Source of the DNA: Adineta vaga
Taxonomy: Eukaryota; Animalia; Rotifera
Direction of reading: 5' to 3'
NCBI GenBank assembly: GCA_021613535.1
Contig: CP075494.1
Location: 10,478,001-10,542,000 of the forward strand
Length of the DNA: 64,000 nucleotides
Both the position numbers and the translations under genes were made by a program. Positions 27,713-41,386 of this stretch are shown here, in pieces; position 1 is the stretch's first letter; each line of letters begins with the position of its first letter. Below the pieces are notes generated by a model. The model had not been told where the DNA came from. It searched no databases and saw nothing but the letters and a program-made list of their open reading frames with translations.

Positions 27713-28066
27713 CAAAGGGGGAAAAGCGGTACTCCAATACTCCATTCAAACTCTAGCTCACTCCAGCCTACTGCACTCATACTCTAATAATACTCCAACA
27801 AATTTTTCTTTTCAACAAAGTATTGGTAGAGTATGGCTGGAGTATCAATAGAGTAGACCCGGAGTAGATTGCAGTACGATCAGAGTGCGACTGAAGTAGG
27901 GTGAAGTAACATTGGAGTAAACTGGAGTATGAGCTTCAGCGTTTTACCACAGTACATTCTTACTCCAACCTTACTCCAGTCTACCCCCGAGCCTATTCCA
28001 TTCTTACTCCAGTCACACTCCAAAACATTTTTTTTTGAGTGGTGGACTAGCGCTTTTCCCCCCTTG
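27713..28066. mobile_element. MITE with 16-bp TIRs (P-element-like CAA.G ends)
   Basis: CAAAGGGGGAAAAGCG ... CGCTTTTCCCCCCTTG (1 mismatch); flanks CCCTTAC/CCCTTAG (imperfect 7-bp TSD); interior rich in TACTCCA/TGGAGTA motifs. Confidence 0.7.
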
Positions 28067-31000
28067 CCCTTAGTTCACACCGACCCACTCACCCTCACGT
28101 ACTCTTCAATTGAAACTTGAGTGTTCGGTTGTACAGAACTTTTAAGTTCTACATGTATGCATACTAACGAGCTTACTATTTTTTTCCAATCTTACTTTGA
28201 TTCACAAAGACTATTCATCGCCCATAAAACAGTTTTCTAATGGTAATGTCTATCAAGTGGGTGTTCAGATTGAGTAGATTGTATGGTTTGGCACTCTTTA
28301 GTTACTGCTTAAGTAATCGTCGTCCGTACAAATCCGAGTGTTTCCATCTATCGTTTCATCATCTTCATCCAACTTGCCAATGTAATGCGGTTTTTTCACC
28401 ATTATCATTTTGATTGATTTAAGATTAATACATTGCGTTCTAACTACCATTACTAACATGAACATATTTACATCATCAATTCAATTAAATAAATCGTCAC
28501 TTGCTTTTGATTTATTCATTGACATACTACGGTAATACTTTATTTTCATAATAATTAATTTATTCCAATTATCCTTTTATTAAAATCTAGTTCTATACAA
28601 ACCTCTTCGTTTCAATCAATGATTCCCCAACATGTTACATGGCCACACAGTTATTTAGTGGTATCAACAAAGTAAATCTGAAGGCATAATTTTAGTCAAA
28701 GACCTATTTGAATCCGTGAGAATGAAATAAACTAGCACGCAACTGTCTATACATAACACCCTCACAGTTTTGTTGATTATGACTGCGTTTCGTTTTCATC
28801 TGTCTTTTGCTTTTCGGTAGTGAAACTTTATCAATGTTATTTTGTATAGACATTTGTTTTCTTAAGCTAAAAAGCGATTTTCGCCGAAAGTGTGGTAGTC
28901 GTCATCATTCGAAAGCTGCTTTTTCGCCGAAAAATGACTCCTGTTCTATGTTTCTAAAATGTATACAATAGAACTACCGCATAAAATAATACGAAATCGT
29001 GAGTTATTTATTGTAAACAAAATGAAATGATTTCAATTCAGTTCATGTAAGATAGAAAACAAAATAAACAAACATATTTTTCTACTGTTAGATGTAGTTA
29101 GTAATAAAAAAATTCCAATTTCATTAAAAGCATTGCGTTACGGAGAAATAAGATTGTTTGAGGGTGTTCTATTTACATAATAACATCTTGAATAATAGCA
29201 TGAAATATTCGTAGAATCAAAAAACAATTGTGTTAGTAATACATTACATCACTTCCTATGACGTTGCGAAGTAAAGGCAATTATTTTACTTTTATGTTAT
29301 CATACCAAACTTCGAACATATAAACATAGGATCGTTACCAGGTGTGATTTTTCCCCATTTTTGCTAATAGATAAAAACACAAGAAAGGCTTCATAACATT
29401 ACAATAACTTCTCTTGAGTCGTTTAATCGATAGTTTTGTTTTAATTGGCTTTATTATTAAAAAAGTATGTATAGTTGTCAGCTAGTAAATTGCCAATCAA
29501 AAGTCTGTCGATAAGTTTGCACTATTCATTCGAGAAAATAATTATACAACATTGATAAATAGTTATATTATTCGAGTCTGTATAGATGGATGTGATTGAA
29601 GTTTATGAAGCTACTTAATATTTAATAATATAGATATACATCTTTGGCGTTACTTTTGGACATTTCTTTGCCGTGTGTAGAACTATAACTGAACTATTTA
29701 TGATTTTCTTTGCAGAAAATAATCAAAGCTAGTTGATAATACTAACAATGGCAACGGTTGACAGTTGTGATATAGTAACATAAACTGTTGTCTCTTTTTC
29801 GACAGATGTCGTTATCGTCTTTTCTCTTTCTCGTTACTATAGGAATATTCCCTTTGGTATATTCCATACAGGTTCTAGGTTCTTAACTTGGGATCTTTCC
29901 TTTCCTTATCTATATATGTATATACTGATGGGTTTTCTATTAGATTCGATCAATTTATTATTCACATAATAAATAGTAAACCTAAACTCAGGACATGACA
30001 TCAGTTATACTCTCTGATTTTGCTCGAATACACAACGTCTTTCGCATACTTTTGTAAATATTTATTTTCCTATTCTGTTGGAAAATTTATTTTTCCAACG
30101 CAATTAAATGTTGTTTTGATAATGAATCGTAACGAATTTAACAATTATGCATCAATGTCAAAAAGGTGACATCCGAGTCTGCTTCCTTTTTTACAAAGAA
30201 TATAAAAAAATGAAATTAAAATCATGTTACTTCATTTCATACAAATATGCCAAGGAAAAAGTGAGTCATTTTATGTAAATATTTATATTTCAGAGATAGG
30301 AAGTAGAAATGTGCATTTCGTACCTGTATACACGTAGCTCTCTTTTAGTACACATACTTCCTTGTCCTAAGGTCCAATAGTATTGCTTTTACAAGTTTTC
30401 ATTCGTAATCAGAAATATGACCGTTAGTTAATCGAGTTAAGTTAATCTTTATTCGACACCAAATCAATATCCATATATAAAAAAGCTTCAAAGCGTTGAT
30501 TTGAACATATGAAAGAATGTATAAATTTCAAAACTTAAACACTTGAAATTAAAATTGTGCAACTGATAGAGATATGAATGTTTTATCTTTTTTATGATTA
30601 TATATCTTCAATATCAATTATGAAGCAATGTGAAGAAGCAGTTTTACCATTCATCTTTTACTTATAGCGATAGCACATCTTAGTACTTTTACTGCATCAA
30701 TATGCATCCGAAAAACATGTAATTGCAAAGTAATTAATTTACGACCGTCAATCTAAACAATCAATTAGTGTCTTTACACCTACAATTCTGACAATCAGAG
30801 TATTAAGAGTTACATTAAAACAGAAATTTTCAGGATTTGAATGAGATACATGAAGTAGATCTTTGTAAACAAACTAATTCAAACAATAATGATAGTATTG
30901 CAATATGCGGTACCAGTTACGAATCAGTAATATTCACTGTATAACTGCCATCTCTAGGGGTTAAGAAGCTCAGATCTACAAACTCCGTTGAAATGAACTG

Positions 31001-34000
31001 AAGAACTGTCTGAATAGTTCTTCTGAGCGAACTGAATTTTGTCGACTCCTAGCCATTTAAGGACTACAGTTTCGCTAGACAAGAAGCAAAAATGCTAATA
31101 TCGGTTGCTGTTAATAAACGCTTAGTAAAAAAAATATTTCAAGTTTTTCATCTTTGTTTTTATATATAAGCAAAACATTGTCGCTTCTATAACTGTCAGT
31201 CAGTGTTTTTTTCTGAAGAGGAGAGCATGACTTTATTCAAGTTGGAAATTTCCAAGTATACCTTTTTCACTCTGTCAGTTGCTAGCAAGTCACAGATCCG
31301 TTAAAGTCACCTACAAGTTTGGCCATTTTAATAAAAATGCGCATATAAAGGCAAAGATCGGGTTTCGGCAATTAAGGATTTATCAAAAAATTTTCGCGCC
31401 CTAGCCTACCCTCAAGATTCAAAATCGATGTATCAATAATCATTATCAATCGAATCTACGCTCCAAAAATTAAATTTTTGGCCTAATATCAAAGAGTCCT
31501 CTAGAGAGTTGCCAGTCCACTTTTTTGGAACCCTGACTAGGTCGAATCCAAGACCACCTGCAGCGCCTTAGTAGGCAGAAGCATGGAATCTGTTGCACAA
31601 AAATGTTACACGTTATAATGTTCTTTTGGGGTTCTGCGTTTTTTTCTATAGTTCATTTTCCCCTCATTTACTTAGATAAGTTGAGGATTCTTTTGAAAAA
31701 ATGAAACGCCGTTATGCTTGAGGAAACTGATTTGATATTGATCTTCTATTTGTATATACTGGGAAAATATTTTATTTAGGGTATCGAAAGGCCGTGGTTC
31801 GAACAACAATAACGTTAATTACCGATCCAAGAAAACTCCTCAGACAGCAGAAACAAGCCCTACGGCAGGTAAGTCTAAAATTGCTAATAATATACGTTGC
31901 AGAATATAAGTATTTTGACTTTTATGGACCAGACGCATAGTATATTAATGCAAAATGATAAAAATTTTCTCTTTTTATTCGATTGTTGATAAATATATAA
32001 GCTCATCTAGCGAGTAACGAAGTAGGTATGCATGATAAATAAGAAACATGTCCACATACAAATAACACGATCTACACCCATATACCATCTGCATACTCAA
32101 AATCAGAGTCGCGACGGTTGACTCACGATATTCTGCTGATGTTTTAGGCTAATTCTATAGGTTCTATTCAGTGGTTTACTGCGAATTACGAAAGTCTTAA
32201 TATTGCACGAGGAAAATCTAAAAGCTGCAATGCTATATGCTGCTCATTAACGCTTACCAACAAATAAATCTTCACGCTTTATGCCCAAGCAGACGAAAGA
32301 TTGAAAAAAAACATACACAAAACTGAGTTTCTCCAGATTTTGGTTTGCTTCGCCAGTGTTTGAAATACCAATAATCATGTCAAATGAGATTCTTAAATTT
32401 ATATAAGCGCGTTTTACTCAAACAAGATGTTTGGATTATTCGTGCCTCATATCTACACTTATCCAAATCTTCAGAACTGTGGGCAAGCTATTCTATCATT
32501 GAAAAATACAACGATTTCTCGTTTAATATATGAATTAAATATTTTACCGATGTACCTAACATTTTGGATCTTTTCTACTAACACAACGCTTGTGATGCCA
32601 TTTGCTGATGAATACGACCCATTTTTCTCGTGCATAAACGTTTTCAAACTATATTGAGTTATTCGGCTATTTTAAAGTGAATGCAAAGTTCTATCGTACC
32701 CCCTATTTCGAATGTATCAACTTAAGTAAATTTGTTAGATTTCAATGTTGGATTACATGCACTCTGAGATTTCTCGAGATCAATCTTTTATGAGAATTTA
32801 ACTGTATTCTATTCAACAGAGAGATCGTTTTAACGACGAAAGTCACCAAATGAACATCACTTCAGTAGAATACACATAAAATAAAAATATTGCACTCAGT
32901 CTCATTTTTATCCTTCGTTTTCGCTTTCATTCCTCATTCTCACCTTATAGATTTGATATTAGTTGATAAAATGTGAAAATATATTGATAGTTTTGTTCGC
33001 AAAACTTTAGGAAAAAGCTGAAAAATTTGATTGAACACCAATCAATTAAAGACAAATAATCTTTTTCATATTGGATTGTAGACCTATCACAACGAGAAAA
33101 GAGCGAATTTCATGATTTCTGAAAAGTCAGATCTTAAATATTTCAAGAATCAATTAAAAAAGCTATTACTTTCGTAAGACTTTGAGGGTGTTTTTTTGTA
33201 ATTAAATGAGAGAAAATTATACATACCATTACATGGTCACACTATTTACGTAAGAAAAGTAAGAAAATGTAAATGTAATGGATTGGATAAAAGAGAAAAT
33301 AGTGCTTTAAAATGCAAGTTTTATTCCCATATGATAGTACTATATTACCATGGGTAATCATCCAATAAAAAATCATGCTCGAAATAAATTATTAAGTAGA
33401 AATAGTTTCCAAATTTCAGTATTTATTCTAAAAAGCATTTGCTTTTTTCGTTTTAATTCTATGAAGATTTGCATGAATTTAATAGAGCAACTAGTATGGT
33501 AGTTATCTAAAAAAATGAAAACATGAAGTTGATCTAGATGTATCTTTATTAAAGATACCTATTCATTTCAACAATAGCTTACTCGTGCCATAAACATTAA
33601 ATCTATTGAGAATTTTCAAAATCAGTCTATAGCATATACGTTTTCACGTTCTTTTATAAATGCAGCCAAATCAATTCTTACCAGTCATATATCTTTTTAA
33701 GTTATAATCGACTACCCAGAAGCACTTTAAATTTATTTCAATATAATGAATAATAAAAATGATGAATAGTTATAACATATCGGATTATTGTAGGAGCTAT
33801 GGGGGAGGGCGGGGGAGCTGAAGTGAGGGAGCTTGAATGAAATAAATATCGAAAGAATGTTTTTCATAGTAGTCATTTCTATACCAAACGTCATTCGATT
33901 ATATACTTAGGCAAATATGTAGTGTTTTGTTTGCTGTTACTATAGTCAATATTTGCTTACGTCATCAACTCACACACACGGGAATAAAATCTATCGAGAG

Positions 34001-36062
34001 TTAGTCATAAACAGAAAGAAAAACATTATCTTTCTCATCGAAACAGTTCATTATTTCCTTCAGTTTATACATCAGAAAGGTATGTTACACGTGCAGATAT
34101 TTTTACTGCTGTTTTTGTTTTAACATGATGGTGACATAGAAATCATCTAGAATGGAAGAAATAACTTGTATACATATTTAATCTATCTTATTATATTTCT
34201 TATTTCAATATTTTTAGATTCCATACTAATCTAGAAATGAGTATAATTATACTTACTCCAAACTAACCAAACTATAATTTGTCTGTTTGACATTTGAGTT
34301 TTTCTCAAGACATTCGAAATCAACAAGGATTTTTATGTCAGTTTGTTGAAGGATGTATTCGTCAAACAGACTATTATTTGATTAAAATGATCAATAACTA
34401 TTTCAAATGTCTCTCATTATCTATCTCTTTGTGAACAATCATGTTAGATCGACCTTCATAAGACAACCACGAGGTAAAACGATTTTTGTCCATACATTTA
34501 TGAAAAATACATGAACGATCTGCGAAAAAACGATCGATTGCTCACTTTAAGCGACATACGTATCAGTTAAAACGTAACTTGAGCACAAAACTATCGGCGG
34601 TAATTACATTATAGATCACTATTTTAGAAATAATGCCCTTCTGGCTTTTATGTGAAGGTAAATGTTTTTTTTATGCAAAGATAACTATCTAAAAAGTTTA
34701 TTTCCCTTTGCGTTCGTCATTATCATATAATATTTCTCTATCGGTTACTCTCCTTTCTCAACGTGTCATATCTAATCACTTTATCTACAAATATAATGTC
34801 ACAATGGTAAAATCTCTGTTCTCGTTTAAATGCACTGAATATGATGCGCATTAGACAGAAAGAAATGAAAAGAAATTCCCTAGTTACTGTTAGGAAAAAT
34901 CTGATCATGATGACACTACAGTATCTAAAAGGCAAAGTTTTAGGTCGCATTCCTGAAACCTAGATATTTTCATTCAATACCAAACAATAATACATGATAG
35001 TAAGTAAATCAACCTGCGTTAAGATATCGAGATATGATGAAAATAGTGGAGAGACGTTGATTGCAATTGTCAGAAATCATTGAGAATCACTCAGAAACAC
35101 AAATAGAATAGTTTTAGTCTAGTTCTTAACTATTATTCGACTAGAGTATACTGTGTATCAGACTGTACGATAAAAATAGAACGATATTGTTGCTTTAAGA
35201 TACTGAGGAAAAAGTTTACTAAAATCTAAACGAGCAATAGTGCGATACATCCACACTGAAGTAAAGAAAGTTATAAAGTCTCATATACAACAGTGGTAAG
35301 AATCATCTAGCTACGTTCCAAATCATTAGCGTTCGATCGGTAATACCTAAGTTGAATTCTGATGCAACGATTTCGAAATGTTTCGCTCAAAACAGTCAGT
35401 AGGACGAAATCGCTTGAACCTGCAAAAAATCGACTAAAACCATTGAATAAGAATTTTTCATAGGTTCACTTATTAGAATTCAATCATCGAAATTGATCAT
35501 ATATAGTAAAGCGGAGGTAACCGATGTTCATCCGAAACGTTCCAGATTGAGAGCTTCGTGTGACAGAAAACGGCGGAGGATTAAGAGAGAATTTTGCTTG
35601 AAATTCCTTATCCTTCATCACAACATATCCCGCCATGCATATCTGAGATAGAACAACTTATACTATGCAGCATTTCAAGTCCACTCGGTTTCCATTTCAA
35701 TTCGGACAAAAAAGCCTTAGATTTCAAGTTAAAGTTTCATTTGTCGCGAATACACACATGTCTACGACAAAGCATGATAGTCTAAAGAATATTGTGTGGG
35801 AGTGTTCTCTAAAGATCGATCAAACGAGCGGCTCGGAATTGGATTAAATTTCAACCACCTTCCTTCTTCCACCCCTCTCGACTTATCTCGATACATAAGG
35901 CAATATCATGGACAGTTTGGTGACCTTAGCTATCACAAGACCAATTCGGTGACATTTCACCCCGATATCCTTTCTCGACTTTCCATTGTACCTAAGGAAG
36001 TTCTATAGGAAATTCGGCGACTTTGGCTATCACAGAACCACTTGGGTGAAATTTCACCCATG

Positions 36063-36102
36063 CACCCACCCACCCACCCACACACCCACACCCACACCCT
36101 CA
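36063..36102. repeat. Interstitial telomere-like tract (CCCA)n-(CCCACA)2-CCCTCA
   Basis: cacccacccacccacccacacacccacacccacaccctca. The reverse complements TGTGGG and TGAGGG are the reported bdelloid telomeric hexamers. Confidence 0.5.
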
Positions 36103-37063
36103 ATATGGAATAAAAAATAGTTCTTTTTTTCCCACTGGATAGAAAATGATTCGTAAATATCAAGTTTATGATAGTGTATGAATATGGCGATGTATTCCTT
36201 TCATCTTAAATTACACAGTCGACAAGGAAAAAACCCAGTGAGTCAATATTCTTTCAAGAAGCGCCATCTATATCTCAATCGACTAGAGCAATGTTTTATG
36301 ATACTTAATTTGAAAGTTTTTGTTTTTTATAAAATACTATGAATGAATTTTAATAAATGATTATCATGCATATGTTCCTAAATAATTAATATGTTTTCGA
36401 TTTTTTTTCTAATTGGTTCAAGCGAACGGAAGCTTTGTACACATATATCGATCATAATACGTTGAAAAATTTTACTTTTTTGTTAATTGGAGAGTATTGT
36501 ATATATCGTCCAATTAGATTTTTATGACGTCTACAAACTCACATTTGATCATGAGTTTTTCTTTCGAAATAATAAGCGTGGATGCATGCATGCATATAGG
36601 AGTCAAGAATTGATTGCAATGAAACAAACATAGTTCAAGTTCAGCCTTGGATAGAAAGTCCTAATTAAATTCAAACGTTGAAAGAACTAATTCATACTTC
36701 ACGTTATAATTCTAGTTCTAGATGAATATTTATTAAACTTAGCTATTGATACATTAGTGAATAATTAAAGATTTGCCCAAGGATAACTTGTAAAAAATCG
36801 TTGAAGAACTCGTTGTCCGAAGTTTTTCTTGATGTATTGCGTAAGGAGGGCGGACTGAGTTTGATCGACGTTATTTTAGTTAGAATATAATAAATGAATT
36901 GATTGATTGAAAACTATTTATTTATCATTTTTATTATTTAGATTGCGCAGTTAAGAAACTGAATTTAACAGAATTACCGAAAACTGAGCTTGTATCATGC
37001 TCATCAGTATGTTCAATCATATAATACGTATATGAATTTATTTCTGTTTTATAGGATTCTAAA

Positions 37064-39017
37064 ATGCTAGGATTTAAGGCTAAAAATCTAGAGAATATCG
37101 ATCAACAATATAAATGTAAAATATGCTCTCGAATATTAAGAAATCCAGTTCAATTGAAATGCGGGCATCGACAGTGTAAATCATGTGTTGAATATAGTTT
37201 ACAAGCGTAAGAAACTATGTTTATTTCTTGATGCTGTATGATATATATGTGTCTTCTTTTTTTTAGAGAGAGGTTGAAATGTCCCGAATGTTCTCAAGAA
37301 ACTCATCAAAATGAAGTATGAATGTGTATGGTATTGTCTCTTTTAATCAATATTTATTTTTCCAACTTTAGATACGTCCGGACAAAGGAGCCAAAAATGA
37401 TATGAAAGTGTTGGAAATATTTTGTTCATATTGCGATTGGAATGGTTCCTTCAGAGAGTACGAGGTAAGTTGATTAAATTATACTGATTGTTCGTACAGA
37501 ATATAACGAATCTTGTCACAATCTACTTTTACTCACAACAATCTCTTAAATCGAAATGATAGACGAAAAACGCTAGTCTAATTTCAATGGTATTTGATCG
37601 CTATTTTGAGTTTACTTAGCATTTTTCATTGGAAAAAACGTTACTACATTATAGATATCCTTTTCTATTTATTCATAATACTTTATATATTTATTTTTAG
37701 ACTCATCTGCAGCAAGCTCACACTAACCCAATATGCGAATATTGTAATAAATCGTTTGATTCTATAAATAATCTAGAATTACATCAAGCAAAAGACTGCA
37801 GTGAAATTACAATACCTTGTGCATTAAAAGATTACGGATGTACAACATTCGTAAGTGATAATCTCATTTATCAGATGAGTACACTCATCTTAATGTTGAT
37901 CGTCTATTATTTTTTAGGTGCGTCAAGTTGATATGCTTGGGCACTACAAGAGTATGGAACATCAAATGGCAGTCATAGCTTTCATTCGTCGTGATGCGTC
38001 AAAATTTATGGGTGATCGAATGGATATTGATAATTTCTTTCATACCACAACCTATTCCTCTGAGCATCATCATGCTCAATTGGAAGAAGTATGTGAGACA
38101 ATTGATATTCTTGCGAGTGGAGTTGAAACATTGAATGAAGATTCAAAGCGACTTCACAATGAATCAGTACAATTAAATAATGCCATAGATCTAATAAATA
38201 AAGAATGTGCTGTAATAAAATTAAGCATCCAAGAGCAGAATGCTTATTTAGATGGACTTAAACCTAGTCAAGATATTCTTCATCAAGAAATTGTATCGTT
38301 ACAACAAAAAGTTGAAGATTCACAAGCTGTTTCTTATGATGGAACATATACGTGGAAGGTATCAAACTATCAAGAAAAAATGGGTGAGTTTTAATCATTA
38401 ATAAAACCTCTTTCGACTATGGCTATGCTTATTTTCTAGCTGATGCCCAATCTGAACGGCAAACGTCAATATATTCACCACCATTTTATTCATCACCAAC
38501 GGGTTATAAGATGAGAGCACGGCTCTATCTTTATGGCGATGGCAATGCGCGTCGAACGCACATTTCATTATTCTTCGTCCTGATGCGTAGTGACTACGAT
38601 GCCATTCTTCGCTTTCCTTTTAATTATAAGGTTACCTTCTGTCTGTTTGATCAGACACCAGCACAGAAACATATCATTGATTCTTTTCGACCAGATATAA
38701 AATCGAATAGTTTTCAACGACCACGATCCGAAATGAATATTGCAAGTGGTATTCCAAAGTTTTTTCCTTTGGATCAATTTCAAGCGGAAGGAAATCCATA
38801 CGTTCGTGATGACACGCTCTTTATCAAAATTCTGGTGGATTTTAGTGATATACCTAAAGCTATATTACCATTTGCACTCAGTCTCAATCCTGGTTTACCA
38901 ATAAACGTTCATCATAGTTTGGTTAAAAAAGAATCAGAACGACGCACTCAACAAACATCAAATTCAACGGCAAGTTCAATGTCAACAGAACTATTAGTGC
39001 CAAAAGTTGAACAATAA
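37064..39017 (+). CDS. TNF receptor-associated factor (TRAF2/3/5-like), divergent paralog A
   Basis: RING CKICSRILRNPVQLKCGHRQCKSC, zinc-finger exons, coiled coil, MATH SPPFYSSPTGYKMRARLYLYGDG...FQRPRSEMNIASGIPKF. Confidence 0.93.
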
Positions 39018-41386
39018 TCTTTCGATTAATTGATTAATTACAAAAGATTGTTGCCAATATTCGATATAAGTTTATATGACATGTTTCACATAATTGCCGT
39101 AGTGAGTAAAACAAGAATAAATATATTACAATTAGTTAGTTTGCTCTTTTGATTATATGCTTTCCGACTAAAAATTATTTGACAGTTCAAATCACTTTCT
39201 CTTCACTGAGAGAAAATCCTAATTTTAATACGAATAATTGTATGCAAGATCAAATATTTAAGTTTTCTCCATACAAAAGAGGTCACAATGAACTCATCCT
39301 TATTCTAAAACCTTTTTTCTATGTTATAGAGTAAATGCTTGCGATACATTTATATTTCTATAACATTGTTCATTTTAATCAAGATTTTGTTTGAGTATTA
39401 TCATTTTTCTTTTCAATAATCACGAAAATATTCATTATCAATAAATTCTTTTGCTTGTTGTCCATCTGTAAATTTATTCAGCAGTTGATCCATCATCGAA
39501 AATACATGTCAAGAAACAAAAATTTAATTATTTATTGTTCAGAATGTATGCCATTAGAAACCTTTTCAAAAATTTTCTTTTGTAAATAAACTATGTTAGT
39601 TCGTAAACACTATCTACTTACCATAACTTTTTAAGTAATAAATTAACATATTCTTATCGCAACGAGTAAAAACCATCACGTATATGTAATACTTTTGTAA
39701 GACTATCATATAGAAAAAGAAACATCGCATTTGATTCGATGAGTTGATATCCAAGTAGAACTCAGTTTTCTTTTTTCCTATTTATTACCTATCCTTCTGG
39801 AAAAATAAGTATATAAATTTAACTGCGAATGACGCTTCATGGGTACGTATCCTATCAGTACCTTACTATGAAATATCAGCCTATTCTTCTAGTAGTTTTC
39901 GTGAAAATTGTTTGCGAGAATGCATTCGAAAAATAAGCTATACGATTCGATGCATTTTGATCTCCTTTTTCCTATAGCGAAAACCACAGCTTTCTTTCTT
40001 TTCTTCAGTTATTGCTAAATTAATTAGGGTCATCTTTTTTTGGACAAACGTTAATTACGATTAAACAAAAGAAGTTGATTAGTCAGTTATTTTAAATAAT
40101 AAATGTAAATATGCTTATTTCAAACTTGTTATTCGTTAAATATTGTTCGTTAAGTAACGTTTCAATCGATATGCAACTACATTGGGCAATGACAGAATGT
40201 CTTCCTTTTTTTGGTTGGAAACTTACAAGTAAAACTCATGAGTCATAGTTTGAATTGCTAATGGAGGCGGTAGTTTATCATTACGTCATAAACATTCACC
40301 GGTTTTCATTGTGATATATGAAAGATTGACTTACCTATATAAAGCAATCACTATGTGAAAGTGTTTATTTCGTTAAGTAGATTATCATATTACTATAAAA
40401 GGTAAGTTTAGTAATAAATTGATCGAAATTTAATTTTCTTTTTGAATAAACTAATACATTAATGAAATTCCGTTTACTGGTGTGCATGAAAATACAGCTT
40501 CTTTGCAAAACAAAATCTAATATGAATAGTTTTCATAAATTCTGTACTCCATAAACATTCTTTTCGTACGTTATGATTCCTGCGTGTGTATGTGTCATCA
40601 TATATTGCTTCCTCTAACTGATTTCATTCATATTCGATGATGTTTTGACTTTGTATAAGTTGTTTACGGCACATACGTATATAAACTATTGTGATGTTAA
40701 ATTTTCATGAAACAAGCATGACTGATAATATATAATATAGGAAAAAACCAACATTCTCTTGACACATTTTTTAGGCATAGGTGGGCATTCACTTGTCAGC
40801 ATTATGTCATTACTATGACAACTACAACATATATCTTCATAGAATACTATATAGCATAAAGATAAACCATAATCCTTGTCGTAGTCGACATATAAATAGT
40901 GAAATATGCTTCAAACGTCCTCTAATTTATATTTGTACTACAACATTTTAAAACCGACAGCAAGATATTGGAAAAGAAACATTCGCTTTTCTCTAAAAGC
41001 TAAGGGTAACATCAAACGTTGAAATTAGATCAAATGTTGTCAAATTCGCTCATCTATTTTCACGACTACTTATCTCGGTATAGTTTTATTTTGAATTTTT
41101 CGATGCATTACACTGTCGGAGTATTTACTGTCAGGAAAAATCCATGTAATGTATGAGGTTGGAGAAAATTGGCCAGATGCTTACGTATGCTTTTTCTTTA
41201 CTTTCTTATTTTATACCGTAGCAGGTGACTATACCAATCAGAGTCAGCTACTCTGTCGTCATCATGATGCACTTCTTTTCAAAAAGTATAGAAGACATGC
41301 CGTTAACTATATATCCTGTAGCATAATTTATTTTTGTCTCTGACTATCGAAAACTATGACATCTAATTTTAGATTAATCCTAAAAC

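Noticed and set aside
29767-29966. TGTGA...TCACA unit as a solo LTR
   Set aside because: Only a 5-bp inverted match and no TSD.
31320-31700. Possible DNA transposon relic
   Set aside because: No TIR pair, TSD or coding remnant could be defined.
33800-33829. G-rich run as a G-quadruplex
   Set aside because: The fourth G-tract follows an 11-nt loop; isolated and without functional context.
24600-37000. Hammerhead ribozymes or Athena RT near telomere-like tracts
   Set aside because: The CTGANGA words I saw lack a matching GAAA and stems, and there is no RT ORF; a covariance-model search would be needed.
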